64,000 nt of DNA from positions 160,001 to 224,000 of the forward strand of contig CAVYGN010000002.1 of the NCBI GenBank assembly GCA_963768055.1. The letters run 5' to 3'. Under the pieces are notes generated by a model, which saw only the letters and a list, made by a program, of their open reading frames with translations, did no database searches and was not told where the DNA came from. Source of the DNA: an uncultured Spirochaetota bacterium (GTDB taxonomy: Bacteria; Spirochaetota; Brevinematia; Brevinematales; JAOACQ01). The translations under genes were made by a program, and so were the position numbers. Shown here in pieces: positions 47,560-57,613 of this stretch (position 1 is its first letter; each line of letters begins with the position of its first letter).

Positions 47560-49137
47560 ATGAGAAAAATAAATACAATCAATTTAATAGCCATGGGGAC
47601 GGTTCTGACTGCTTTTATAATATCTGTGTCCGGCTGTTCAAAAGACGCCAGCACTATAGCGGTTTACGGCAGCGGGCAGAATGCCCGGAACCTCACAGTC
47701 GGGGAAGTAAAATCAACTATGGAGAGATACGCGTTAAGATTCGGCAATGATTTCATTACCAACCGGGATTGGCAGAAAGATATAATTTTCAGGGCTTTCA
47801 TCGCTCCGGAAATCGCTGTCAAAGACAAAATTGAAAAAGGATACACTAACTCCCCTGAATTCAAGGAATCTTTTGAAAAAGAATATAAAAGGAACGAATT
47901 GGGCCTTACAGCAAAGAAAGGTTATGATTTTTTTACAAACCAGGCTAAAAACGATCAGAAAGAGACCTATGAAGTAGCTCATCCCGTCCATATATTGTTT
48001 ACTTACAGCCGCATCACAAATATCGATTCCATCCGGGTAACAACCATTGTCACGAACGGCGTCAAACAGCCTGTGACAAATCATATCACTATCCAGACCA
48101 ACCTGTCGGATAAGGAATATAGCGATATGGTAAAGGAGAAGTTATCTTCAGCGATGGATATTATCAAAAAGCTGAAGTCCTCCGGAGATCAGCAGAAAGA
48201 GTTCGAAAGCCTGGCCTCGAATGTTTCGGAAGAAGATAACGGCTTGATCCCGCGGGGTTCCAAGCCCAAGGAATATGAAGACGCGGTTTTTTCGGCTAAA
48301 AAACAAGGCGTCCTGGATAAACCCGTCTCTACCGATGAAGGCTGTTATGTAATATTTATTAAGGCCCCGGCCGCCCAATTGACCATGTCAAAGATCGAGC
48401 AGGAGGACGGCAAGGAAAATTTCCGGCGGCTTGAACAGACCCTTGATGAACAATATTATGAAAAATCGAAGAACAATAATATAAAAGAATTTTATTCATT
48501 GGACTATAATAAAAAAACAGCGACCATTAACGGGAAAGAATATAAAATCTCCGAAATACCTGAAAATGAAGTTGTAATTGAAATTTTCGGCAAGCAAATA
48601 ACATGGAAGGATTGTATCGATAATTTTCTTATATTCGATCCTTCTTTTGATAAAAAAATTACAATCGACAGTTTTATGAATATTACAAATCTAATTAAAA
48701 AATTACTGTTCTTTACCGAGTTCGCCGGTAAACAAGGAATCGGAAAAGATCCGAAATTCCTGGAGGAATTGACAAAACAGAAACAGGAAATTTCTAAAAA
48801 GCTTGTTTTAGAAAGTTATAAAATGGAACTGGTCTCCAATGTGAATTCCAAAGTCGAATCGGCGATAACCCCGAAAGCTGTCATGGAATATTATGAAAAA
48901 AACAAACAGGATTTTACTAAACCCCTTAACGGTAAAAACGTGCAACTGAGCTTTGCAGAGGCTAAACCTGCCGTTACAGAAGCTTTGAAAAGAAAGTGTT
49001 TAATGGAAGCCAGCAAGCAATGGAAAGAGGATTTGATAAAGAAAACTATGGTCACTTATAAAGACAGCGGCCTCAATGACCTTAAAGAGCTCGAACTGGA
49101 CCAGATTAAAAACATGAAAGATTTCAAGCAAAAATAA
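47560..49137 (+). CDS. PpiC/parvulin-like peptidyl-prolyl isomerase or chaperone lipoprotein
   Basis: GGAGG RBS, lipobox VSGC, HILF, FESLA...SE, G..PKEYEDAVF, PV.T..G.YVI. Confidence 0.7.
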   Translation: MRKINTINLIAMGTVLTAFIISVSGCSKDASTIAVYGSGQNARNLTVGEVKSTMERYALRFGNDFITNRDWQKDIIFRAFIAPEIAVKDKIEKGYTNSPEFKESFEKEYKRNELGLTAKKGYDFFTNQAKNDQKETYEVAHPVHILFTYSRITNIDSIRVTTIVTNGVKQPVTNHITIQTNLSDKEYSDMVKEKLSSAMDIIKKLKSSGDQQKEFESLASNVSEEDNGLIPRGSKPKEYEDAVFSAKKQGVLDKPVSTDEGCYVIFIKAPAAQLTMSKIEQEDGKENFRRLEQTLDEQYYEKSKNNNIKEFYSLDYNKKTATINGKEYKISEIPENEVVIEIFGKQITWKDCIDNFLIFDPSFDKKITIDSFMNITNLIKKLLFFTEFAGKQGIGKDPKFLEELTKQKQEISKKLVLESYKMELVSNVNSKVESAITPKAVMEYYEKNKQDFTKPLNGKNVQLSFAEAKPAVTEALKRKCLMEASKQWKEDLIKKTMVTYKDSGLNDLKELELDQIKNMKDFKQK

Positions 49138-49143
49138 AGGCTG

Positions 49144-50727
49144 TTATTTCACGCGCTTTTTTAATAATTCTTCATAATTGATTATGTTGGTATCGGAAGG
49201 AAAGAGTTCAAGGCCCTTTTCAGCTATTTCCAGAGCTTTATTATAGTTCCTGTACCTCATTTCTCTATAAATGTTCTGATAATAAAAGTATTGAAAGTTC
49301 GAAATAGTGGATTCATTAGAAGGGTCGGTTTGCATGCTTATCTGGGCGTAATCGTTTCCTTTTTCAAAATTACCCTTTCTAAAAAAATAAATCGCGGTTA
49401 GTTCCGCTATGCCGGCCATGTCGCTTATTAGAACTTTTGATTGGGGAAATATGGCAAGGCCGTTGGATATAATTTCCATTCCCCTGTCCGGATTACCGTA
49501 ATAGTTAAATTTCATCCCTGTCTGGCTGTAATAATTTTCAAGAATAGTATCAAAATAATCGTTTTTCATCAATCGATACCATTTCAGCATAAGCTCTTCG
49601 CCTTCAGGATATTTTCTCCAATCATCAATAAGTTTCCTGCTTAGAAGGTTATATCCATTTATCATCAGGACCCTGATATTATCATACCTGGATTTTTCAG
49701 CAAGCGCCTTTTTACCGATCTCATAAGCTTTCAGGAAATCATTGTCATGATTTATCACTTTTGTAAATATCTTAGTATAAATATCCATTTCATACTCGTC
49801 ATTTCTCCCGGCAAGGAGAATGTATTTGTCCATTTCAGCTACAGCCCTTTCACAAAAGCCCGATTCGATAAGGACATTGAGATATTTATTGAGTATATAG
49901 AAATAATTGGTTAAATACAGATTTTTAAGCGGAAGATGGAGTACGGCCTCTTCGAGAACTGAAAGGGCCTCTGAATATTCCTTCTTTGTATCCGAAAGAT
50001 AAAGAGAGTATCCGGTTATCGCTTTCGCCAGATTCGTATGCATATTCTTTAAATCGGGATCGATGGCAATAGAACGCAGCGCGTATTGATACGAATATTC
50101 ATATTGTTTAGATAAGTTTGCCCGCTCTGAAAGATCTTCATATATATAGGCCAAAAGACTTTTTTTAGCAGCATATTCAGTGAGGCCCGGGCCTCGGTCA
50201 ATTCCGCTCGAGTCTATGTCAAATCCCGCCGGATCAAAGGCGTTGACAAGGATATCAACCTTTTCAATGGAAAGGATCGAATAAACATTGGTCCCGTCTA
50301 AAATGCACTTGCACGAAAATCCCTGATCCTCCATGAGGCTGTTAAAAAGGATCGCGGCTGAAAGAGGATTATAAAGGCCCTTTTTTAATAATAATTCAAA
50401 TGTAGAATCCTGATCTGCGGCTTTTACCATTAACCGGGTGTGCATAAGGTTAAAAATGAGTTTTGAAACCTCGATGGGATTTTCAGGCAAACTCCCGGCG
50501 GAAGAGAATCCCGCCTCGAAATTAGATATACGGTCAAGGCTGTTCTGTAAAAGACTGCCTTTCATTCCGGAGGCTAAAAGAGCCCCTTCTTTAAGACTAA
50601 AAGAATCGGGATTAATAATAAGCAGGTATTCCTTTGAATTCGTTTCAAGGGATAGAAATTTCGAGATAAAGGAATAGACCTCCGTTTGCAGTAAAATAAA
50701 GAAAATTACCAGAGACAAGATTTTCAA
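49144..50727 (-). CDS. Secreted TPR protein with a degenerate transglutaminase-like domain (paralog of the neighbouring gene)
   Basis: Aligns by eye along its length with 50741-52363; the catalytic Cys and His are absent. Confidence 0.7.
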   Translation of the reverse strand: MKILSLVIFFILLQTEVYSFISKFLSLETNSKEYLLIINPDSFSLKEGALLASGMKGSLLQNSLDRISNFEAGFSSAGSLPENPIEVSKLIFNLMHTRLMVKAADQDSTFELLLKKGLYNPLSAAILFNSLMEDQGFSCKCILDGTNVYSILSIEKVDILVNAFDPAGFDIDSSGIDRGPGLTEYAAKKSLLAYIYEDLSERANLSKQYEYSYQYALRSIAIDPDLKNMHTNLAKAITGYSLYLSDTKKEYSEALSVLEEAVLHLPLKNLYLTNYFYILNKYLNVLIESGFCERAVAEMDKYILLAGRNDEYEMDIYTKIFTKVINHDNDFLKAYEIGKKALAEKSRYDNIRVLMINGYNLLSRKLIDDWRKYPEGEELMLKWYRLMKNDYFDTILENYYSQTGMKFNYYGNPDRGMEIISNGLAIFPQSKVLISDMAGIAELTAIYFFRKGNFEKGNDYAQISMQTDPSNESTISNFQYFYYQNIYREMRYRNYNKALEIAEKGLELFPSDTNIINYEELLKKRVK

Positions 50728-50740
50728 GCCAAGCCCTCCG

Positions 50741-52363
50741 CTATTTTATCTTTTTGCGTAAATAATCCCTATAATACGTTAGTTTAGGGTCATTAGGAAA
50801 AAAAGAAAGTCCTTCTTCCGCAATAGAGAGAGCCTTCGAATAATCTTTATTTTCAATCTCTTTTGAATCGTAAGTCCTGTATGTAATAATCAGGTTGGAT
50901 TTCAAAGCCTGGCTATCCGGATTTGCCTCGAGTCCGATTTTCAGGAATTTAATGGAGTTGTCATAATCTTCCCTGCCGAAATATACATTTGCGGTATTGC
51001 CGGTTATATAAGCTATATTGTTTTTAATAAGCCGGGATTTCGGGAAAAAAGCCAGTCCTTTTTTCATGATATCGATTGCCTTAAGAGGATCGCCGTAATC
51101 GTAGAATTTCAAACCCACCTGGTTATAATAGTTTTCGAGGATGGAATCAAAGTATGTGTTTTTGCCAAGTTCATGCCATTTCAGAATAAAATCTTCACCT
51201 TTCGGGTAATCCTGCCAGCTCTTCTCAAGATTCAGGCTTAGAAGATTCATACCGCTTATCATAAGACTAACGTAATTATCGTCATTCGGTTTTTCGGCGA
51301 GAGCTTTTTTACCAATTTCATAAGCCTTTTCATAATCTCCATCATGATTTATCAGCCTGTAAAGGATCCTGGAATAAAGGTTTTCCGTTATATTGTTGTT
51401 CGTACCTGCAAAAGCCTCCGAACTGTCCAGTTCGACAAACGCCTTATCATACCGGGAAGAATCGATAAGGCTGTTAAGATACTTGTCCAGTACATAAAAA
51501 TAATTTGTAAAGAAAAAGTCCTTTTGCGGTATATTTTCTATGGCCTCCCTAAGTATTGAAAGGGAGAGCGTGTAATCGCTTTTTGTGTCTGCCAGGTAAA
51601 CACTGTAAGTTGTATATGCGGCTGAAACATTGGAATAAATAAACTTTCCATCAGGAAAAATTGCCCAGGATTTCAAAGCGTCCTGAAACGATTCGTATAT
51701 CCGTCCGGATTTGAAATTAAAATATGACATATTCGCATAAGTATAAGCCAGGAGGCCTTTCTTGCCGACGATTTCCATAATGGATGGATCGTGCGAATAA
51801 GAAAATCCTGTTAATTTTTTAAACGTTTCCTGGGCTTCCCTGTTCGTACCTATATCATAACCGTACGGACTGGTGTTTTCAACATCGATTTCCCTTCCTT
51901 CTTCATTCAGGAGGGTATAGGCATGTGAAGGCAGGATAACCGCTTTGGATTCCACTCCGAAATCCTCGAGAATACTGTTGTAAAGAAGTGTAGAAGAAAG
52001 ACAGTTGAAACGGCCGGTATTAATAATCGAATCGAGAGTCGTCTGGGATTCTTCATATTCTTTTAAAAACTTTTTATGTATTTGAAGGAATAAAAACTTT
52101 GTGAGTTCCTCCGCATTTCCCCGGGTATTTTTTTCATTCGATATCCCGGCCTCAATATTTGAAATCCTGTCAATGTATAATCCCAGAGAATCTTCATTAA
52201 TTCCCGATATAATAAGCGCGCTTTTTTCCAGGGGAAATGCTTCCGGATTCTCTATTACCTGATATTCAAGCGAATTAGTGTCGATCGCTAAAAACTTCGA
52301 TGTAAACGGATACATGCCTGCATAAAAACAAATCAGGATAAAAATCAGGAATGATTTTTTCAT
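50741..52363 (-). CDS. Secreted transglutaminase-like (Cys-His-acid) domain + TPR protein
   Basis: GRFNCLSS, LPSHAY, IDVENT followed by TPRs. Confidence 0.75.
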   Translation of the reverse strand: MKKSFLIFILICFYAGMYPFTSKFLAIDTNSLEYQVIENPEAFPLEKSALIISGINEDSLGLYIDRISNIEAGISNEKNTRGNAEELTKFLFLQIHKKFLKEYEESQTTLDSIINTGRFNCLSSTLLYNSILEDFGVESKAVILPSHAYTLLNEEGREIDVENTSPYGYDIGTNREAQETFKKLTGFSYSHDPSIMEIVGKKGLLAYTYANMSYFNFKSGRIYESFQDALKSWAIFPDGKFIYSNVSAAYTTYSVYLADTKSDYTLSLSILREAIENIPQKDFFFTNYFYVLDKYLNSLIDSSRYDKAFVELDSSEAFAGTNNNITENLYSRILYRLINHDGDYEKAYEIGKKALAEKPNDDNYVSLMISGMNLLSLNLEKSWQDYPKGEDFILKWHELGKNTYFDSILENYYNQVGLKFYDYGDPLKAIDIMKKGLAFFPKSRLIKNNIAYITGNTANVYFGREDYDNSIKFLKIGLEANPDSQALKSNLIITYRTYDSKEIENKDYSKALSIAEEGLSFFPNDPKLTYYRDYLRKKIK

Positions 52364-52385
52364 TGCAGCCGCCCAAAATAAAACT

Positions 52386-53720
52386 TTATTGCTTAATATT
52401 TTTAAAGAAGGTAAGGATAAACTGTTCACCGCTTATTTCCTGCACCTGTTTATAAAATCCATAGTCCTTGCATTCAGGGGCCGTCCCGAAAAGAGTATAT
52501 AGTAAGCATGTCATATTGCCCGAGTATTCACGGTTCAGCGCCTCTTCAGCCCTTTTTAGATCGGAAACGTTCATCGCGTAAGGGACCTTGAAAAAGATAT
52601 GACACCGCGAATTACCTTCCTTGAATATTTTAAAGTTCTTTTCTGAACTTATTATCTGGGATGAATGGAGCTTCAGATAATTATAAACAAAATCATTAAA
52701 ATGAGATTCGTCTTTTGAATAAAAATCTTCAAGAAGGGGATAATCGATCAGGACCTTATACTTTGCCATCAAATCCTTGAGGTCTGCGTAATCCGGATTG
52801 ATCCGGTAGGCTCTAACCCAGGCGTCGATCGCCCTGAGATAATCTTCCTGATCGAAATACGCTCTCCCCTGCATGTAAAGAGCCTGGTCTTTGTATTTAT
52901 TAGGAAGCCTGTCGGAATAAGCAGACGATATTCTAATGGCCTCTTTCATCTGGTTGTCCAGGATCAGGTTTTTCAGGATCTTTATAAGAGATTCTTCAAA
53001 ATAATCAGTATCGTTAAGAAGGGGTTTTAAAACATTGATAGACTCTTTGTAATTTTTCAAATTTGTGTATACATCCGCCAATTGGAAATAAAGATTGTTC
53101 TTTTCACGGTTATCATTTATCGGCAGCCTCAAGGCGCTCTCAAAAGCATATACTGCCTTGCGGTAATTGCCTATTTTAGTGTACGCCTTACCCAGCAGGC
53201 CGAAGCCTTGCCAAAAATCAGACTTGATCATCACCGTTTTTTCAAGGTTTGAGATGACCTTCTGATAATTTTTCGATTTATAATAAATATCCGAAAGCTT
53301 GTACAAAGCCCTTATATCCAGCGAATTTTCCTGAAGGGCCAGCATGTAATTCCCAGAAGCCTTTACATAGTCATTCTTTTGATTGTACAGGTCCCCGATC
53401 CTGATCAGTACATCGATCTTCAAACTTTTTCTGACTTCTATAGAAAAATAGGTGATCGAATCTTCGTAAAATTTGATCGCCTTGGGATAGTCTTTCAAAC
53501 CCTCATAGGCTCTTGCCGAGTAATAATATGCCAGGAACGAACGCTTTTCCTTGAGATACTCCGTGGCCAGGTCGAGGGCCTCTTTATACCTGCCCGAATT
53601 AATGGCATCCTCTAAATAGTTAAGCTTCTTACTTGATAGATATAGCCTGTATATCAGAACAATGCCGATGATAACCAGGAATAATCCGATAGAAACAAGA
53701 AACAACAAAAAAATATTCAT
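52386..53720 (-). CDS. Membrane-anchored TPR protein
   Basis: N-terminal TM, many TPRs, small alpha/beta C-terminal domain; GAGG RBS. Confidence 0.8.
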   Translation of the reverse strand: MNIFLLFLVSIGLFLVIIGIVLIYRLYLSSKKLNYLEDAINSGRYKEALDLATEYLKEKRSFLAYYYSARAYEGLKDYPKAIKFYEDSITYFSIEVRKSLKIDVLIRIGDLYNQKNDYVKASGNYMLALQENSLDIRALYKLSDIYYKSKNYQKVISNLEKTVMIKSDFWQGFGLLGKAYTKIGNYRKAVYAFESALRLPINDNREKNNLYFQLADVYTNLKNYKESINVLKPLLNDTDYFEESLIKILKNLILDNQMKEAIRISSAYSDRLPNKYKDQALYMQGRAYFDQEDYLRAIDAWVRAYRINPDYADLKDLMAKYKVLIDYPLLEDFYSKDESHFNDFVYNYLKLHSSQIISSEKNFKIFKEGNSRCHIFFKVPYAMNVSDLKRAEEALNREYSGNMTCLLYTLFGTAPECKDYGFYKQVQEISGEQFILTFFKNIKQ

Positions 53721-53756
53721 CGGCCCCTCTGCCCGCTGTAAATGTTTACTATTGAC

Positions 53757-53868
53757 GGGCGCTTCTAAAAACCTTCGGATAGGAAGCGCCCATAGGGCAT
53801 GCATAATAGAGTTAATCAGAAACATGTTATAATAAATGGTAATATTCTTGAGATATTAGAACTGCCCT
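53757..53868. mobile_element. Complete ~112 bp MITE-like element
   Basis: GGGCGCTTCTAAAAAC / GATATTAGAACTGCCCT ends; internal similarity to the 24803 copy. Confidence 0.65.
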
Positions 53869-54075
53869 AACAATTATAACATAAAAATGATTTTTGGAGC
53901 ATTTTAGCAATACTTTTTTTTTATGGGCAATTCATTCAACAATCGACAGCCGACTGATTATTAGAACTGCTGTTGAGTCCGTTTTGGCCGAAAATTATAC
54001 TTTTTTTAAAAAAAATCTTATGCTATAATTAACGCTTTGCAAGTAATTATTTCCGGTTAAATAAAATCATGGTGT

Positions 54076-55926
54076 TTGATAATGAAAAGACTTGTTTTGA
54101 TCGTAATGCTCGAAGGTTTTTTTTTCTTAGGGATTTCATACCCGATTAACGAACTTCGCACGCTTGATTTTTTACCAAGATATTCGGTAATAAACTCTTC
54201 ATGTTTCGGGGGCGACAGCGGATCTTTACTGGTGAATCCGGCCGGATTGTCTTATGTGGACAGGATGACGGCAGAGCTCTCCACCACAAATTTCCAGAAT
54301 ATAAATTTATTGGGTATATCCGCCCTGCTTCCCGGAAATGCCGGTGTTCTCGGATTGGACATATATAATACCGCTTCTGACAGCAATACTATAAAAAAAG
54401 GTTTCGCATTCGGATGGGCCAAAGAGTTTTTTGGGTGCTTTTCACTGGGCGCCGGTCTAAAAACCGTATCTGATTATATGTTCGACATTAACGATGGAGT
54501 TCTATTTGACGCAGGCCTTATATTTACGCCAAACGATTCCCTGAATATCGATTTCTTAAGAAACAGCTATATCAACAATAAAATATTTTTAAGTTTTGTG
54601 GTCCAGGACCTGGTTATAAAAGAACCGGCAACCGCATCCCCGGAACAGATGAATTTAAGGTTAGGGATCGGTTACAACCTTGACTCCATATGGACAAAGT
54701 TTTTCCTTGAAAAAATGCTGCTAAGCACAAACGAACCTCTTATTTTCGGCGCTGAAATCAATCCCTCCACTGATATTTTAAAATTCTTATTCCTGAGGGC
54801 TTCTTTCGAAGTCGATACCATGGACACTAAACTGGGGATCGGCATTCATGGTGAAGACGCAATGATAGATTTTTCTTATTCGATTAAAAGTAACGATTTT
54901 TTTCTTTCCTTTAACGTTTATTTTGAGAAAAGCCCGCAGGAAATGTCGGCCGAGAGCTACAACGAGAGTTTGATCCTTTATAACGAGGCTGTGGACGATG
55001 AAAAAGCGGGCGGCGATGCGCTGGATAAATATCTATCCGTTTTCGATAAGCTAACCTCTGCAGTTACGCTGGACAGGAACAATAGAAAGGCCCTGGTCCT
55101 GAAAACCCGGGTCGACATTAAATTAAACGATTACAGGTCACAGGATTTAACCAATGCCCAAACAGCCGATGCAAAAAAAGATCCGGTTACAGCGCTGATT
55201 TACTATAACAAGGCTGCGAAAATCGAACCGAACCCTGAGCTTAATATCAAAATAAAAACGCTGATGACTAACCAGACTGTCATTGCTTATGTCATTAGCA
55301 GCAAAACCGATATAAAAAATGCGATAGCCGCCAGGAAATTCCTGACCGCGAAAAGAGTAATTGTAAAACTCCTGCAGGTTATGCCCAGGGATTCCGATGC
55401 ACAAACGACAATGATAAGCGTTAATACCGAATTGAAAAAATACGCAGAGGTATACTATCAGAAAGCACAGTCTCTTTACGACAGGGAACTGTACGAAGAC
55501 AGCATAAAAGAGGCCAGGACCTCACTAATCTATGATCCGGACCTTGAAAAAGCGCAGGATCTATTAAGCCTGGGTTTAACAGATCTGTCTGAAAAACAAT
55601 CAAGCCGGAAGGCAAACGAATTGTTCGGGAATAAAAATTATATCGGGGCCCTTAAAATGGCAAATTATATTTTAACAAGGGATCCTGAAAACCGGGATGC
55701 CGCCGCATTAAAGGACAGGGTTGTGAGAATCTTCAGGGACAATATAAAGAGTTATCTTGATGATGGAATCTCTTTTTATAACAGCGGCGATTTTGACAAA
55801 GCGATAGAGAATTTCGATATTGTCCTGCTGGTCGATCCCGGTAATAATACGGCCTCAGACTATAAAACCAGGGCCGAATCGAAACAGAAGGAGCTTGAGA
55901 AATCAGGAGAAATTCAGGAGCAGTAA
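54076..55926 (+). CDS. Probable outer-membrane beta-barrel (PorV/PorQ-like) + TPR protein
   Basis: NPAGLS motif, SLGAGLK, DAGLI, LRLGIGY strands; C-terminal TPRs. Confidence 0.7.
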   Translation: MIMKRLVLIVMLEGFFFLGISYPINELRTLDFLPRYSVINSSCFGGDSGSLLVNPAGLSYVDRMTAELSTTNFQNINLLGISALLPGNAGVLGLDIYNTASDSNTIKKGFAFGWAKEFFGCFSLGAGLKTVSDYMFDINDGVLFDAGLIFTPNDSLNIDFLRNSYINNKIFLSFVVQDLVIKEPATASPEQMNLRLGIGYNLDSIWTKFFLEKMLLSTNEPLIFGAEINPSTDILKFLFLRASFEVDTMDTKLGIGIHGEDAMIDFSYSIKSNDFFLSFNVYFEKSPQEMSAESYNESLILYNEAVDDEKAGGDALDKYLSVFDKLTSAVTLDRNNRKALVLKTRVDIKLNDYRSQDLTNAQTADAKKDPVTALIYYNKAAKIEPNPELNIKIKTLMTNQTVIAYVISSKTDIKNAIAARKFLTAKRVIVKLLQVMPRDSDAQTTMISVNTELKKYAEVYYQKAQSLYDRELYEDSIKEARTSLIYDPDLEKAQDLLSLGLTDLSEKQSSRKANELFGNKNYIGALKMANYILTRDPENRDAAALKDRVVRIFRDNIKSYLDDGISFYNSGDFDKAIENFDIVLLVDPGNNTASDYKTRAESKQKELEKSGEIQEQ

Positions 55927-55929
55927 ATA

Positions 55930-56700
55930 ATGATAAAAAAACTAGGACTCAATATCGATCATATTGCCACACTTCGGGAGGCAAGGCATGCCGAGTATCC
56001 CGATCCGGTAGCCGCTGCCGTTATTGCCGAACTTTCAGGTGTCGACGGTATAACGGTGCATCTCCGGGAAGACCGGAGGCATATCCAGGACAGGGATGTC
56101 AGACTGTTAAGGGAAATCGTAAAAGTCCGGCTCAATCTGGAGATGGCGCTGCATCCGGATATAATCGAAACAGCCCTGAAAATAATTCCCGATGATGTTT
56201 GCATAGTTCCTGAAAAGAGAGAGGAAATAACGACCGAGGGAGGACTGGATGTTATAAATAATAAAGACAGTCTGAAGCTTGTTATCCCTTCGCTGCATGA
56301 AAAAGGCATTAAGGTAAGCCTTTTTATAGACCCGGATAAGGCTCAAATAGAATCAGCCAGGGAAACCGGCGCCGATTATATTGAACTCCACACCGGAAGA
56401 TACTCGTCAAACATTAACCCGGAGGCTAAAAATATAGAACTGAGCTCTCTTATCGAATGCGCCGGCTATGCAAGTGTTCTTGGTCTTGGGGTAAACGCCG
56501 GCCATGGCTTGAATTATAGCAATGTGTACCCGGTCGCTATGATAGAGGAAATTGAAACGCTTAATATCGGACATTCGATAATATCAAGGGCTGTCCTGTC
56601 AGGCCTCGGCGAGGCCATTACCGTTATGATATCTATCCTTGAGAGGGCGAGGGCAGATTCTCTTCACAGGGGATTTCCTTACGATCCATCCCCTGCCTGA
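55930..56700 (+). CDS. pdxJ: Pyridoxine 5'-phosphate synthase
   Basis: LGLNIDHIATLREAR, ITVHLREDRRHI, VPEKREEITTEGGLD, VNAGHGL, NIGHSII. Confidence 0.98.
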   Translation: MIKKLGLNIDHIATLREARHAEYPDPVAAAVIAELSGVDGITVHLREDRRHIQDRDVRLLREIVKVRLNLEMALHPDIIETALKIIPDDVCIVPEKREEITTEGGLDVINNKDSLKLVIPSLHEKGIKVSLFIDPDKAQIESARETGADYIELHTGRYSSNINPEAKNIELSSLIECAGYASVLGLGVNAGHGLNYSNVYPVAMIEEIETLNIGHSIISRAVLSGLGEAITVMISILERARADSLHRGFPYDPSPA

Positions 56701-57613
56701 TGCAGTTAAGGGCCATCAGATTTTCCAGAATGGCGGTGTTTTTATGTTTCTCAAGGGTCCATAATGGAGCTACAAGCTTTTCTTCCGGGCATTCTCCAAA
56801 AAGTCTGTGAATAACGGTGTCAGCGGGAATTTTCGGCAGTAATTTCAGCAGGAGGCCGATGTATTGGTCCCTCTCCAGCAGTTTAAGCCTTTTATTATTA
56901 TAATATTTCTCGAGGACCGTATCCTTTTCAACATATAAATGATGAAACTTAAAACCATCAACACCCAGATCCGTTAAAACGGCCGCGCTGTGAAGCATAT
57001 CTTCTTCAGTCTCGCCGGGCAGTCCGAAGATAAGGTGGGCTGCAACATGTATCCGTCCGCTCATTCCTGTCAAACTTATAGCTCTGGCCGTGTCCTGGGC
57101 AGTATGACAGCGGTTGATCTTCTTAAGAGTATTATTTTTCATACTCTGAGCCCCGTATTCGACTATAAGAAAAGTTTCTTCGGACAGGCGGTTAAACATA
57201 TCAATTTTTGCCTGATCGACACAATCAGGCCTGGTTCCTATCGCTATTCCGCAAATTCCAGGCGCCCTGAGCGCGCTTTTATAGAGGCTGTATAATTCTT
57301 CAACCCCGGAGTATGAATTGGAATAAGCCTGAAAATATGCAATGAACTTTTTAACCCCGTATTTTTTCCCGATGATTTTACTGCCTGAATCTATCTGATC
57401 AGCTATTGAAAGCGATGGGATTACATACCCGGCCTTAGCCCCGGATTCACCGCAGTAAATGCACCCTCCGACGCCCTTTGTACCATCCCTGTTAGGACAG
57501 GTAAATCCCGCATCAATCGATATCCTGTAAACTTTTTCACCGAATTTTTTTTTAAGAAAAGAATTGAAACTGTAATAATTAAGGCCCGCAGTCATGGTAA
57601 TGGCGGCAGTCAT
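56633..57613 (-). CDS. TIGR01212 (YhcC/YtqA-like) radical SAM protein
   Basis: GFTCPNRDG...GGCIYC, YFQAYSN, GTRPDC, HLIFGLPGE, KFHHL. Confidence 0.92.
   Translation of the reverse strand: MTAAITMTAGLNYYSFNSFLKKKFGEKVYRISIDAGFTCPNRDGTKGVGGCIYCGESGAKAGYVIPSLSIADQIDSGSKIIGKKYGVKKFIAYFQAYSNSYSGVEELYSLYKSALRAPGICGIAIGTRPDCVDQAKIDMFNRLSEETFLIVEYGAQSMKNNTLKKINRCHTAQDTARAISLTGMSGRIHVAAHLIFGLPGETEEDMLHSAAVLTDLGVDGFKFHHLYVEKDTVLEKYYNNKRLKLLERDQYIGLLLKLLPKIPADTVIHRLFGECPEEKLVAPLWTLEKHKNTAILENLMALNCIRQGMDRKEIPCEENLPSPSQG

Noticed and set aside
53721..53825. N-terminal extensions in the ORF track (also 24903-24932, 47422-47559, 19936-20028, 34945-35103, 52364-52429)
   Set aside because: They overlap MITEs or neighbouring genes; downstream starts give typical N-termini, mostly with an RBS
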